A stretch of 64,000 nucleotides of DNA from Macrostomum lignano (taxonomy: Eukaryota), in the NCBI GenBank assembly GCA_002269645.1, contig NIVC01000273.1, forward strand, positions 62,001 to 126,000, given 5' to 3'. The notes beneath the pieces are model-generated. The model worked only from the letters and a program-made list of their open reading frames with translations. It ran no database searches and was not told where the DNA came from. Position numbers and translations under genes: made by a program. Below, one piece after another: positions 12,135 to 22,900 of the stretch (the first letter of the stretch is position 1; every line of letters begins with the position of its first letter).

Positions 12135-12295
12135 CCAGTAGCCTAATAGTTAGGGCCTCGTACTCACGAGTTAAAGGTTGAGGGTTCGATTCGGGATCCC
12201 ACTCGGAACAACTTGTGTCCTTGAGCAAGAACAGCCGTACGCAGCCATCAGATGCGCCGCGAAATAGCTGCGGCTGAGCTGTCGGTTGCACATGT
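12135..12295 (+). mobile_element. tRNA-headed SINE, internally deleted copy
   Basis: A-box-like TAGCCTAATAGTTA, B-box GGTTCGATTC, then GTGTCCTTGAGCAAG. The 3' tail CAGATGCGCCGCG.AATAGCTGCGGCTGAGCTGTCGG.TGCACAT is shared with the copy at 23655-23915. Confidence 0.75.
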
Positions 12296-13156
12296 GTCCA
12301 TTAGGGCACGTGTAATCAATTATTATATTATTTTTTTCTATTGAGAAAATATTATATGCGTTACATAGTGTCGTCTGTCTTACATGAGGCTGTGATTATT
12401 CTACAATATGATTTGCTGGATTTTTCTGTCGCTGCACACTACTTTATTTGTATGTCCATAAATCTCGTACTGTTAGTAGGCAGTACAGCGCATGATTTTG
12501 TAGAAAATCGACGTTGACTTTCTCGATTCTCTTTACGTCCAGTCTGTCTTTCCTCGATGCTGAAGCGTTGGCGTTCGAGTGCCGCGATGCGAGCGACGCC
12601 TCTGAGCTGACTAAACCGCAAAGGTCGCTGACTAGGGGATCTTTGCCAGACCAGTCAGAGGACGGAATGATTAATGCCTCTCCCCCATGATTTCGGTTAC
12701 TCAATCAGTCAGGCAGAGGGTCGCCCGCCCAAATCACTTCAATACAGACTTGCCCTGCCCATGCAGCTCGCGCATGATGCACTTTTCAGCTGAGCCCAGC
12801 CGGGGCCTGGGAGATGAAATCCCGCGGACAGTCTGGCCCAGAGGGCTGGCTGGGAGAGGGGGAGATGGGTGGGAGGAACCGAGAGGCCGGGGTGTCCCAT
12901 TACACAAAGGCCGCCGGCGGGGCAGCTGCTTTGAGAAGTCGTGGCGCAAATTGGGTTTCCCTTCAGAGCTGCAGCTGCCGCTGAACATCTGCTGGGAGCT
13001 GAGACTGCGCGACCCCCGCCCGCCCCCTCCTGCTCATTCCCTCCGGATTTCATGCCGAATAGCGCTGCACGAGAGAGCGCCTCTGATTGCTTGCCGAATG
13101 CCAAATGTGAATTTTTGAGGTTCTACTTTGAACTGACTTAACAACTTTCGCCTCCC

Positions 13157-14066
13157 TGCACCAGGAATCAGGTTCCCTGCACCAGGAATCAGGTTCCCTG
13201 TGGCACCAGGAATCAGGTTCCCTGCGGCACCAGGAATCAGATTCCCTGCACCAGGAATCAGGTTCCCTGCACCAGGAATCAGGTTCCCTGTGGCACCAGG
13301 AATCAGGTTCCCTGCACCAGGAATCAGGTTCCCTGCACCAGGAATCAGATTCCCTGCACCAGGAATCAGATTCCCTGCACCAGGAATCAGGTTCCCTGCA
13401 CCAGGAATCAGGTTCCCTGCACCAGGAATCAGGTTCCCTGCACCAGGAATCAGGTTTCCTGCGGCACCAGGAATCAGGTTCCCTGCACCAGGAATCAGGT
13501 TCCCTGCACCAGGAATCAGGTTCCCTGTGGCACCAGGAATCAGGTTCCCTGCGGCACCAGGAATCAGGTTCCCTGCACCAGGAATCAGGTTCCCTGCGGC
13601 ACCAGGAATCAGGTTCCCTGTGGCACCAGGAATCAGGTTCCCTGTGGCACCAGGAATCAGGTTCCCTGCACCAGGAATCAGGTTCCCTGCGGCACCAGGA
13701 ATCAGGTTACCTGTGGCACCAGGAATCAGGTTCCCTGTGGCACCAGGAATCAGGTTCCCTGCACCAGGAATCAGGTTCCCTGCGGCACCAGGAATCAGGT
13801 TCCCTGCACCAGGAATCAGGTTCCCTGCACCAGGAATTAGGTTCCCTGCACCAGGAATCAGGTTCCCTGCGGCACCAGGAATCAGGTTCCCTGCACCAGG
13901 AATCAGGTTCCCTGCACCAGGAATCAGGTTCCCTGTGGCACCAGGAATCAGGTTCCCTGCACCAGGAATCAGGTTCCCTGTGGCACCAGGAATCAGGTTC
14001 CCTGCACCAGGAATCAGGTTCCCTGCGGCACCAGGAATCAGGTTCCCTGCACCAGGAATCAGGTTT
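13157..14066. repeat. 21/24-bp minisatellite (GGTTCCCTGCACCAGGAATCA)n
   Basis: About 40 copies with interspersed 24-bp variants. It explains the PGIRFPA and GNLIPGA ORFs. Confidence 0.95.
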
Positions 14067-14139
14067 CTTGAATCTTGAGGATCCGACTCTCGCACTGCGA
14101 CCCCGCTGCCAGGTTCTCAATACCCGTTACCAGATTCCC

Positions 14140-14430
14140 AATACCCTCCATCAGGTTCCCAATACCCTCTATCAGATTCACAATACCCTCTATCAGATTC
14201 ACAATACCCTCTATCAGATTCACAATACCCTCTATCAGATTCACAATACCCTCTATCAGATTCACAATACCCTCTATCAGATTCACAATACCCTCTATCA
14301 GGTTCCGAATACCCTCTATCAGATTCACAATACCCTCTATCAGATTCACAATACCCTCTATCAGATTCAAAATACCCTCTATCAGATTCACAATACCCTC
14401 TATCAGATTCACAATACCCTCTATCAGGTT
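14140..14430. repeat. 21-bp minisatellite (ATCAGATTCACAATACCCTCT)n
   Basis: About 13 copies. Confidence 0.95.
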
Positions 14431-14871
14431 GCCAAAACCCATAATCTAATCTCTCACGCGGACTCAGGTTAGAAAAATTCAAGAACCAATGTGCACACTC
14501 TGTGATCTCAATTATCAAACCGCAATAATTTACTGTACAAAATTTAGCTAAAATTATGAAAACGACAAATTAACTACCAAAATCATTTGCATGTAAAGTT
14601 GTATTATTGAAAATCAGTGTGTACAATCTTTGTGATCTGAGCTCGCGTTCCGACTCGGAGCAACTGTCGGAATATCTGGGCAGTCAGAAGTGAATTGCAG
14701 TTGAATATCTTCTAGGACCATGGGGTCTGTTTGACGCATTTTACAACAATAGTTACAAGTCTACAAAGTATGATAGAAATTTGGGTAAACAGCTGCAGAG
14801 AATTCAACAGTGGCAATTCTGGCCTTCATATTTTAGAATGAAAATTGTGAAAATTGCTCTCTCTCTGATAG

Positions 14872-15487
14872 CTGAGGGTCAGGGATATCTGGGGTGGGTG
14901 AGGGCCAGGGACATCTGGGGTGGGTGAGGGCCAGGGACATCTGGGGTGGGTGAGGGTCAGGGATATCTGGGGTGGGTGAGGGTCAGGGATATCTGGGGTG
15001 GGTGAGGGTCAGGGACATCTGGGGTGGGTGAGGGTCAGGGACATCTGGGGTGGGTGAGGGCCAGGGACATCTGGGGTGGGCGAGGGCCAGGGACATCTGG
15101 GGTGGGTGAGGGCCAGGGACATCTGGGGTGGGTGAGGGCCAGGGACATCTGGGGTGGGCGAGGGCCAGGGATATCTGGGGTGGGCGAGGGTCAGGGACAG
15201 GTGGGGTGGGTGAGGGTCAGGGACAGGTGGGGTGGGTGAGGGTCAGGGATATCTGGGGTGGGTGAAGGTCAGGGGCATCTGGGGTGGGTGAAGGTCAGGG
15301 GCAACTGGGGTGGGTGAAGGTCAGGGGCATCTGGGGTGGGTGAAGGTCAGGGCATCTGGGGTGGGTGAAGGTCAGGGGCATCCGGGGTGGGTGAAGGTCA
15401 GGGGCATCTGGGGTGGGTGAAGGTCAGGGCATCTGGGGTGGGTGAAGGTCAGGGGCATCCGGGGTGGGTGAGGGTCAGGGGCATCTG
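14872..15487. repeat. G-rich 26-bp minisatellite (GGGGTGGGTGAGGGTCAGGGACATCT)n
   Basis: About 23 copies, each with four G-runs. Confidence 0.95.
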
Positions 15488-15634
15488 TAGTAAATGAGGG
15501 GTCAGCTCTAGCTAACTAATTGCACAATAATTTTCGAAATGTTTTTAAACAAAAATTAAAATTGAAAACACAGAAACGCGAAGATGCGATAAAGAATTTA
15601 CAAATGTCTTTCAGCCAAAATCGGCAATCAGGGT

Positions 15635-15920
15635 TACCGGAAACGGGGAAACGGGAAATCTTGGGAACCGGAAAAGGGGAACCGGAAACGGGGAATCTGG
15701 AAATCTTTGGAATCGGAAATTGTGATAATCGAAAACAGGGAACCGTAAACTGGGAACCGGAAACTGGGAAACTGGGAACCGGAAACGGGGAACCGGAAAT
15801 GGGGAACCGGAAACGGGGAACCGGAAACTGGGAACCGGAAACGGGGAACCGGAAACTGGGAACCGGAAACGGGGAATCGGAAACGGGGAACCGGAAGCGG
15901 GGGACCGGAAACGGGGAATA
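15635..15920. repeat. Degenerate ~14-bp repeat (GGGGAACCGGAAAC)n
   Basis: Direct tandem copies are visible. Confidence 0.85.
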
Positions 15921-16177
15921 GGACACAGAAATTTGGGAATCGGAGGAATCCTAAAGGGGATATTTGCGCCAGATCTACCGTAAATTCCACGAGGAGAATT
16001 GGTACTGTTAAGTTATGCACAGCATTGCGCAAGCATTCCTAGAAACGGGATGGATAACAGTGCAGCAACATGCTGGTAAGCGAAATCGTACACAAAATGC
16101 CGGCAGCACAAATTCAAACACATTTTAGCATCACAAATGACAATCTGATAGTCAGAGTTATTTGTTTATTCATATCT

Positions 16178-16572
16178 AGCTGTTAGATAGCGGCTTCTGC
16201 AGCTGTTAGATAGCGGCTTCTGCAGCTGTTAGATAGCGGCTTCTGCAGCTGTTAGATAGCGGCTTCTGCAGCTGTTAGATAGCGGCTTCTGCAGCTGTTA
16301 GATAGCGGCTTCTGCAGCTGTTAGATAGCGGCTTCTGCAGCTGTTAGATAGCGGCTTCTGCAGCTGTTAGATAGCGGCTTCTGCAGCTGTTAGATAGCGG
16401 CTTCTGCAGCTGTTAGATAGCGGCTTCTGCAGCTGTTAGATAGCGGCTTCTGCAGCTGTTAGATAGCGGCTTCTGCAGCTGTTAGATAGCGGCTTCTGCA
16501 GCTGTTAGATAGCGGCTTCTGCAGCTGTTAGATAGCGGCTTCTGCAGCTGTTAGATAGCGGCTTCTGCAGCT
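16178..16572. repeat. Perfect 23-bp minisatellite (AGCTGTTAGATAGCGGCTTCTGC)n
   Basis: About 17 identical copies. Confidence 0.95.
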
Positions 16573-16965
16573 GACAGAAAAACAGAAAGCCAAACGTATT
16601 TGTTAAAATGTTTTCAAACCCAAGTCCCCAACACGATCACAGAAATCACAGAATGAGACTAGAAACGGAGACAGGACTTATGCAGGACAAAAAAACGGTG
16701 CAAAGCTATTGCTGAAAAACATTTGCGTTATTAATTTTGAGACAGAGACAGGGCTAATAATGGACAGCAATAGACTTAGTCAGTTTTACAGAACACCCAG
16801 ACAGAACGCATAATTTACAAATCGCAAAATCGATCTTGTTCAAGATTGAACAATGTTTCTATCACGTCGAGGAAGGTAGGAAGTACACAATGTACCTGTA
16901 CACACTGGAGCAGGGGCACTTGAGCTGCTCAGCGTGGAGTCAGCCTTGAGTGCCGCCACACTGAG

Positions 16966-19900
16966 TCAGCTGAAACTGCTGTGGCTGCTGCGCCGTCCTC
17001 CATCGATGGAGCTCTGCGAGCCGCCCGACTGCTGCGAGTGCGAGGCGGCAGCGGCGGCCGCGGCGCCGTCAGAGGAGCCGGTGGAGAGCTTGGCGCCGTA
17101 CCACTTGCCCACCTTGTCGTTCATGCGCGACAGGATTGCGTTGCCGGCCTCGAATGCAGCCAGGATCTCCTCCTTCCACTGCGAGATCAGGACCCGGTCC
17201 TGACAGGGGGAGGGGTTTGATCGGGTTGTTACCCTCCGCCTGCCTCTGCTACCCTCTGCCTGCCTCTGCTACCCTCCGCCTGCCTCTGCTACCCTCCATC
17301 TGCCTCTGCTACCCTCCGCCTGCCTCTGCTACCCTCCGCCTGCCTCTGCTATCCCCCATCTACCTCTGCTACCCTCCATCTGCCTCTGCTATCCCCCATC
17401 TACCTCTGCTACCCTCCGCCTGCCTCTGCTACCCTCCGCCTGCCTCTGCTACCCTCCGCCTGCCTCTGCTATCCCCCATCTACCTCTGCTACCCTCCATC
17501 TGCCTCTGCTATCCCCCATCTACCTCTGCTACCCTCCGCCTGCCTCTGCTACCCTCCGCCTGCCTCTGCTACCCTCCGCCTGCCTCTGCTACCCTCCATC
17601 TGCCTCTGCTACCCTCCGCCTGCCTCTGCTACCCTCCATCTGCCTCTGCTACCCTCCATCTGCCTCTGCTACCCTCCGCCTGCCTCTGCTACCCTCCGCC
17701 TGCCTCTGCTACCCTCCATCTGCCTCTGCTACCCTCCGCCTGCCTCTGCTACCCTCCGCCTGCCTTTGCTACCCTCCTTCAACCCCAGGCCGAACAGCCC
17801 CCAGCTGCTCAAAGTTTTCTAGAAGTTAAACACTCGGACCAGTCGAGCAATTTGCAGAACCTGTTCGCTTCTGGCGAGGCGCCGCCATCAGCTGCGGCAC
17901 CGTGGACCGAATTTGCGGTACTCGCAAAAAATGAATAGAAAAGCGCAGGCAGGAGGCAGGCAGCTGCGCACGGGGGAGGAGATTGGGAGAAAACTTAATC
18001 ATCTTCATCAGGCTGGGAGGCTGTGGCAGCAGCTGCGCAGTGGAATAATAGATTTTGAGGCGGGGCCCGAGCTGCTCACGGCTGCCCTAATGAAATCCGT
18101 CTCATTGACTGCCTCGGGATACCAGTGCGCTCACTGCCGACTGCCGACTGCCCCGCCCTCCGCCTCACGCTGACAGAGAAGTACGCAGTGTTTGGCTGGC
18201 TGTGAACGATCCGCTTTGTGCAATCTAATCTTACATCAATCCTATCCAATCTCTTTTTAATGATCTCTAGTCTCACACCAGCAATCTCTAATCTTGCATC
18301 AATCCTATCTAATCGCTTATTAGTGATCTCTAATCTCACACCAGCCATCTCTAATCTTACATCAATCCTATGCAATCTCTTTTTAATGATCTCTAATCTC
18401 ACACCAGCCGTCTCTAATCTTACATCAATCCTATGCAATCTCTTTTTAATGATCTCTAATCTCACACCAGCCGTCTCTAATCTTGCATCAATCCTATGCA
18501 ATCTCTTTTTAATGATCTCTAGTCTCACACCAGCCATCTCTAATCTTGCATCAATCCTATCTAATCGCTTATTAGTGATCTCTAATCTCACACCAGCCAT
18601 CTCTAATCTTACATCAATCCTATGCAATCTCTTTTTAATGATCTCTAATCGTAAACCAAATATCTCTAATATCACCTATCTTATCTCATATTAATAATAA
18701 CCCAGCTCTTATAACAACCGTTTGCCAACTAGCCAAGAAGTCGAGTATCTTCATATCGAACGCAAACAAACATCCCCTCGCGAGTGCATTCACAAGCATT
18801 CTCATAATCCCAATGAAAGCAGGATTCGAGTTGCGGCGAGTTCGCGCAGTGCACAGCAGCTTCTCATTGAAATCGGGAGCTGGCCTGTCAGCGCAGGCCT
18901 CAAACAGGCAATATTATCCAGCCCCGAATCCCCCGGGTCTGCCTTTCATCAATCCGTGCAATATTACACCATCCTGTGTGAGCTCAACCCACGAGGGCAA
19001 ATCCCTTTGCCAGATATGAAAACTAGTCGGTGGCTGAGTCACATCCCGGCCGGCCAGCACCCGCCGTCACGGGGGGGGGCAGTGAGGTCAGAGAGCGCGT
19101 GTGACGCACGAGCATTTCGCCCGGATGCCTACGACTGCATGCACTTTTGCGGTTGAGTGCAAAGTGCTCTTTTAATTGCGATCACTAACTCCCGTTGCTA
19201 CCTACAGTTTTTTCAATCTTGGCAAGCCCTAAAACTTAAAAGTACTACTTTGCTAAAACTTTTTTGTACAGATTGGTCCGATTATCACGTAGTCGTGCAT
19301 TCCCTCAGTTCCGACACTTTTCTGCCCTTCGCAATGTACAATTGTACATCTACTCCCTCAGTTCCGATACTTTTCTGCTCTTCGCAATGTACAATTGTAC
19401 ATCTACTCCCTCAGTTCCGATACTTTTCTGCTCTTCGCAATGTACAATTGTAAATCTACTCCCTCAGTTCCGATACTTTTCTGCCCTTCGCAATGTACAA
19501 TTGTACATCCATTCCCTCAGTTCCGATACTTTTCTGCCCTTCGCAATCTACAATTGTACATCTACTCCCTCAGTTCCGATACTTTTCTGCTCTTCGCAAT
19601 GTACAATTGTAAATCTACTCCCTCAGTTCCGATACTTTTCTGCCCTTCGCAATGTACAATTGTACATCCATTCCCTCAGTTCCGATACTTTTCTGCCCTT
19701 CGCAATGTACAATTGTACATCCATTCCCTCAGTTCCGATACTTTTCTGCCCTTCGCAATGTACAATTGTACATCTACTCCCTCAGTTCCGATACTTTTCT
19801 GCCCTTCGCAATGTACAATTGTACATCCATTCCCTCAGTTCCGATACTTTTCTGCCCTTCGCAATGTACAATTGTACATCTACTCCCTCAGTTCCGATAC

Positions 19901-22900
19901 TTTTCTGCCTTTTATCAGCAACCTACCGGCGATGTAATGTACACCTTCTGGTCGGACTTCAAGTTGATGACGATGCAATTCTCGTACTTGTTAAGCTTCT
20001 GAAACTCTGGACAAATGTCCTTGATGTCGAACATGCTGATGAGCTCGGCGCTTTTCTTCAGCAGGACGCTGTCGCGTGACTTGCTGTGGAACTCCAGCCT
20101 GTTCGGGAACAGCTTAAGGTGCTTCTTCTGCCAGGACTGCAGGAACGGCCCGCCCAGGCGCTGCACCTCGCCCTCCACGATGCAGTCGGAGTCTGCGGCC
20201 AGCTCGCCGCTGTCGTCCCGCTTGGCTTTGCGCTTCAGTTCGGCCTTGTCCATGTCTTGGTTGACCACCTTGAACACTGTCTCGGACACCTCCAGCTGCC
20301 AGCGCTCGGACACGACAAGGGGGAAGTTGCGATACAGCTGCTGATCGATGTCCGTCAGCTTGATGCCTGGGGATGGGGAGGAGTGGCCCATAGTGAGCCA
20401 GGAGTTCTAGGCTATCACTGCAACTGATTTTTTAGGCTTTATCACCCCATATTTTAAGCTCAACCATCCCAGACTCCTCACTCCATCATTCCAGCTTCCT
20501 TAGGGCTCCATCATCCAACATCTCTCTAAGCTTCATCATCATAGACTCCCTAGGCCCACCATGACTCCAAACTTCTTAGGCTCATCATTCTAGACTCTTT
20601 AAGTTCCACCATCCCAGACTCATTCAGCTATGGCATCCCAGACTCCATAGTTAAGTTATCTCAGCCTCTCCAAGCTGCATCATCCCAGTCTCGATAGGCT
20701 CTATACTCCCAGATAGTTCATTGTCCCATATTCAAAAAACATCACCATCTAAGACTCTGCACTCCATCATACAAATAATGGATAGTTGAGACCCCTGCTT
20801 TCCGACTTCATCACTGAACCGAGACGCTCTCCCTCACCCTTGGTGTCCTCCTCGTCGAAGGAGCCGATGTCGAAGGCGTCGTGTGCGTTGACCTCGCCCC
20901 GCGGTGGCACCAATGGCGCCGGGTACTTCTGCAGGTACACCTGCGTCCAGTCGATGCCGGCGAAGAACGGCTGCTCCTTGACTTCGGCGGCGCCGCGGCC
21001 CCGACAGCCGAGGCGCTGATCGACGTCTCTGGCCAGGAGGCCCTCCAGCAGGGCGCGGATCTCCGGCGACGCGGAGTCGGTGAGGTCCGGGCTGACGGTC
21101 AGCGTCATACGGTCGATCTCGTGTTTGTCCCGAGTCTTGTGATGCCTGAACGGGCTGTGGCCCTTGAGCAGCTTGTACAGCATGCAGCCTAGGCTGAACC
21201 AGTCCGCCGAGCTGTCGTAGGCGGCGCCCTTCTGCAACACCTCCGGCGCCATGTAGCCGTGCGTGCCGACGCTCGCGTGCGGCTTCTTGCGCGAGAAGTC
21301 GCAAGCGAGGCCGAGGTCGCTGATGCGGACGTGGCCGTTCTCGTCCAGCAGGATGTTGGCGGGCTGCGGGGAGCAGGAGATCCTGCCGCTGCTGTCTTCT
21401 TCAGATCGCCTCTAATGGAGGTCCCACTGCCTCTAATGAAAGTCCCACTGCCTCTAATTGAGATCCCACTGCCTCTAATAGAGATGCCACTGCCTCTAAT
21501 GGAGACCCCACTGCCTCTAATGGAGGTCCCACTGCCTCTAATGGAGATCCCACTGCCTCTAATGGAGATCCCACTGCCTCTAATGGAGGTCCCACTGCCT
21601 CTAATGGGGATCCCACTGCCTCTAATGGAGACCCCACTGCCTCTAATGGAGATCCCACTGCCTCTAATGGAGGTCCCTCTGCCTCTAATGGAGATCCCAC
21701 TGCCTCTAATGGAGACCCCACTGCCTCTAATGGAGATCCCACTGCCTCTAATGGAGGTCCCACTGCCTCTAATTGAGATCCCACTGCCTCTAATTGAGAT
21801 GCCACTGCCTCTAATGGAGATCCCACTGCCTCTAATTGAGATCCCACTGCCTCTAATTGAGATCCCATTTCCTCTAGTTGAGATGCCACTGCCTCTAATG
21901 GAGATCCCACTGCCTCTAATTGAGATCCCACTGCCTCTAATTGAGATCCCACTGCCTCTAATTGAGATCCCACTGCCTCTAATGGAGATCCCTCTGCCTC
22001 TAATTGAGATCCCATTTCCTCTAGTTGAGATGCCACTGCCTCCGCGTAAGATTCCATCCTGGGTTTCGCCCAATGCACTACAAGCATGTTTTTCTTCTAT
22101 AAAAAGTCTTTCAAAACAATTAGACTGGTGACCTTCAAGGCGTAAACAATTTCGAAATAAATCCAATCACAGGTCAGACAACTCAAAAACACTTCGAATT
22201 GGAGTCTGCAGATTTTCCCGTTTTCCCAATTTCCTTATTGGCCCCACCCCCTCCCTCTCTTTCAACGCAGCGATCGGCGTCAGAAAGCGTCAGAGAAGGA
22301 GCCGGAAGTCAGTGCCGGAGTCTAGTGGCCGGGCTCAGGAAACGCTCTCGACCCCTCTCCCGCCTCCGTCAGGGGGGGGGGAGGGGCAGGGGCTGAGAGT
22401 CGGATAAGAACAGATCAAGGAATAAGGGATTAGGATTAGGCGCGGGAGCAGTGAGGGAGATTAAGATTCGAAACAGGCGCTCACGCGGGCGGCTGCCGCA
22501 CTTTGGGGACAGCGGGAGGTGACGGGAGGCCGTGGATCAGGAGATGCAGTTGAGCGAACAATTTTTAAAAACTAGCTCTCATCATTAGGGAGCCGACAGC
22601 AGGGCTGTGCGGGTTCGTGGCGCTGGAAACTAAGAAGCTGAGAAGAGATGCAGAGGCATAAGGAGCACAGTGCGAAGAAAACTTCCCGGTGCTCATGCAT
22701 GCCAGGGTCGATTCTTGGAGACCGCAAAAATACTGAGCCCTGATCCCGGAGCTCCGCCCAGATCTGAGGACTGAATTCGCGACCCGTGATTGCAATAATT
22801 AAAACCTTTTGAATCTTAAACAGAAAAATCCCCTGATTCTAATCTCAATGATCAACTAGGATGTCAATCTGAAGTCGCAGTTCCCAACCTACCATTTGAG

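Noticed and set aside
13034-14518. Long repetitive ORFs (GNLIPGA, PGIRFPA, IVNLIEG, RGYCESD)
   Set aside because: Frames are open on both strands only because the 21-bp units lack stops; there are no gene-like ends or domains.
17826-18220. Extra GRK exon in the GC-rich part of intron 5
   Set aside because: The GRK frame is complete and homologous without it; no convincing splice pair.
19300-19910. CRISPR-like array of palindromic repeats
   Set aside because: Units are contiguous with no unique spacers, no cas genes are present, and the context is a eukaryotic intron.
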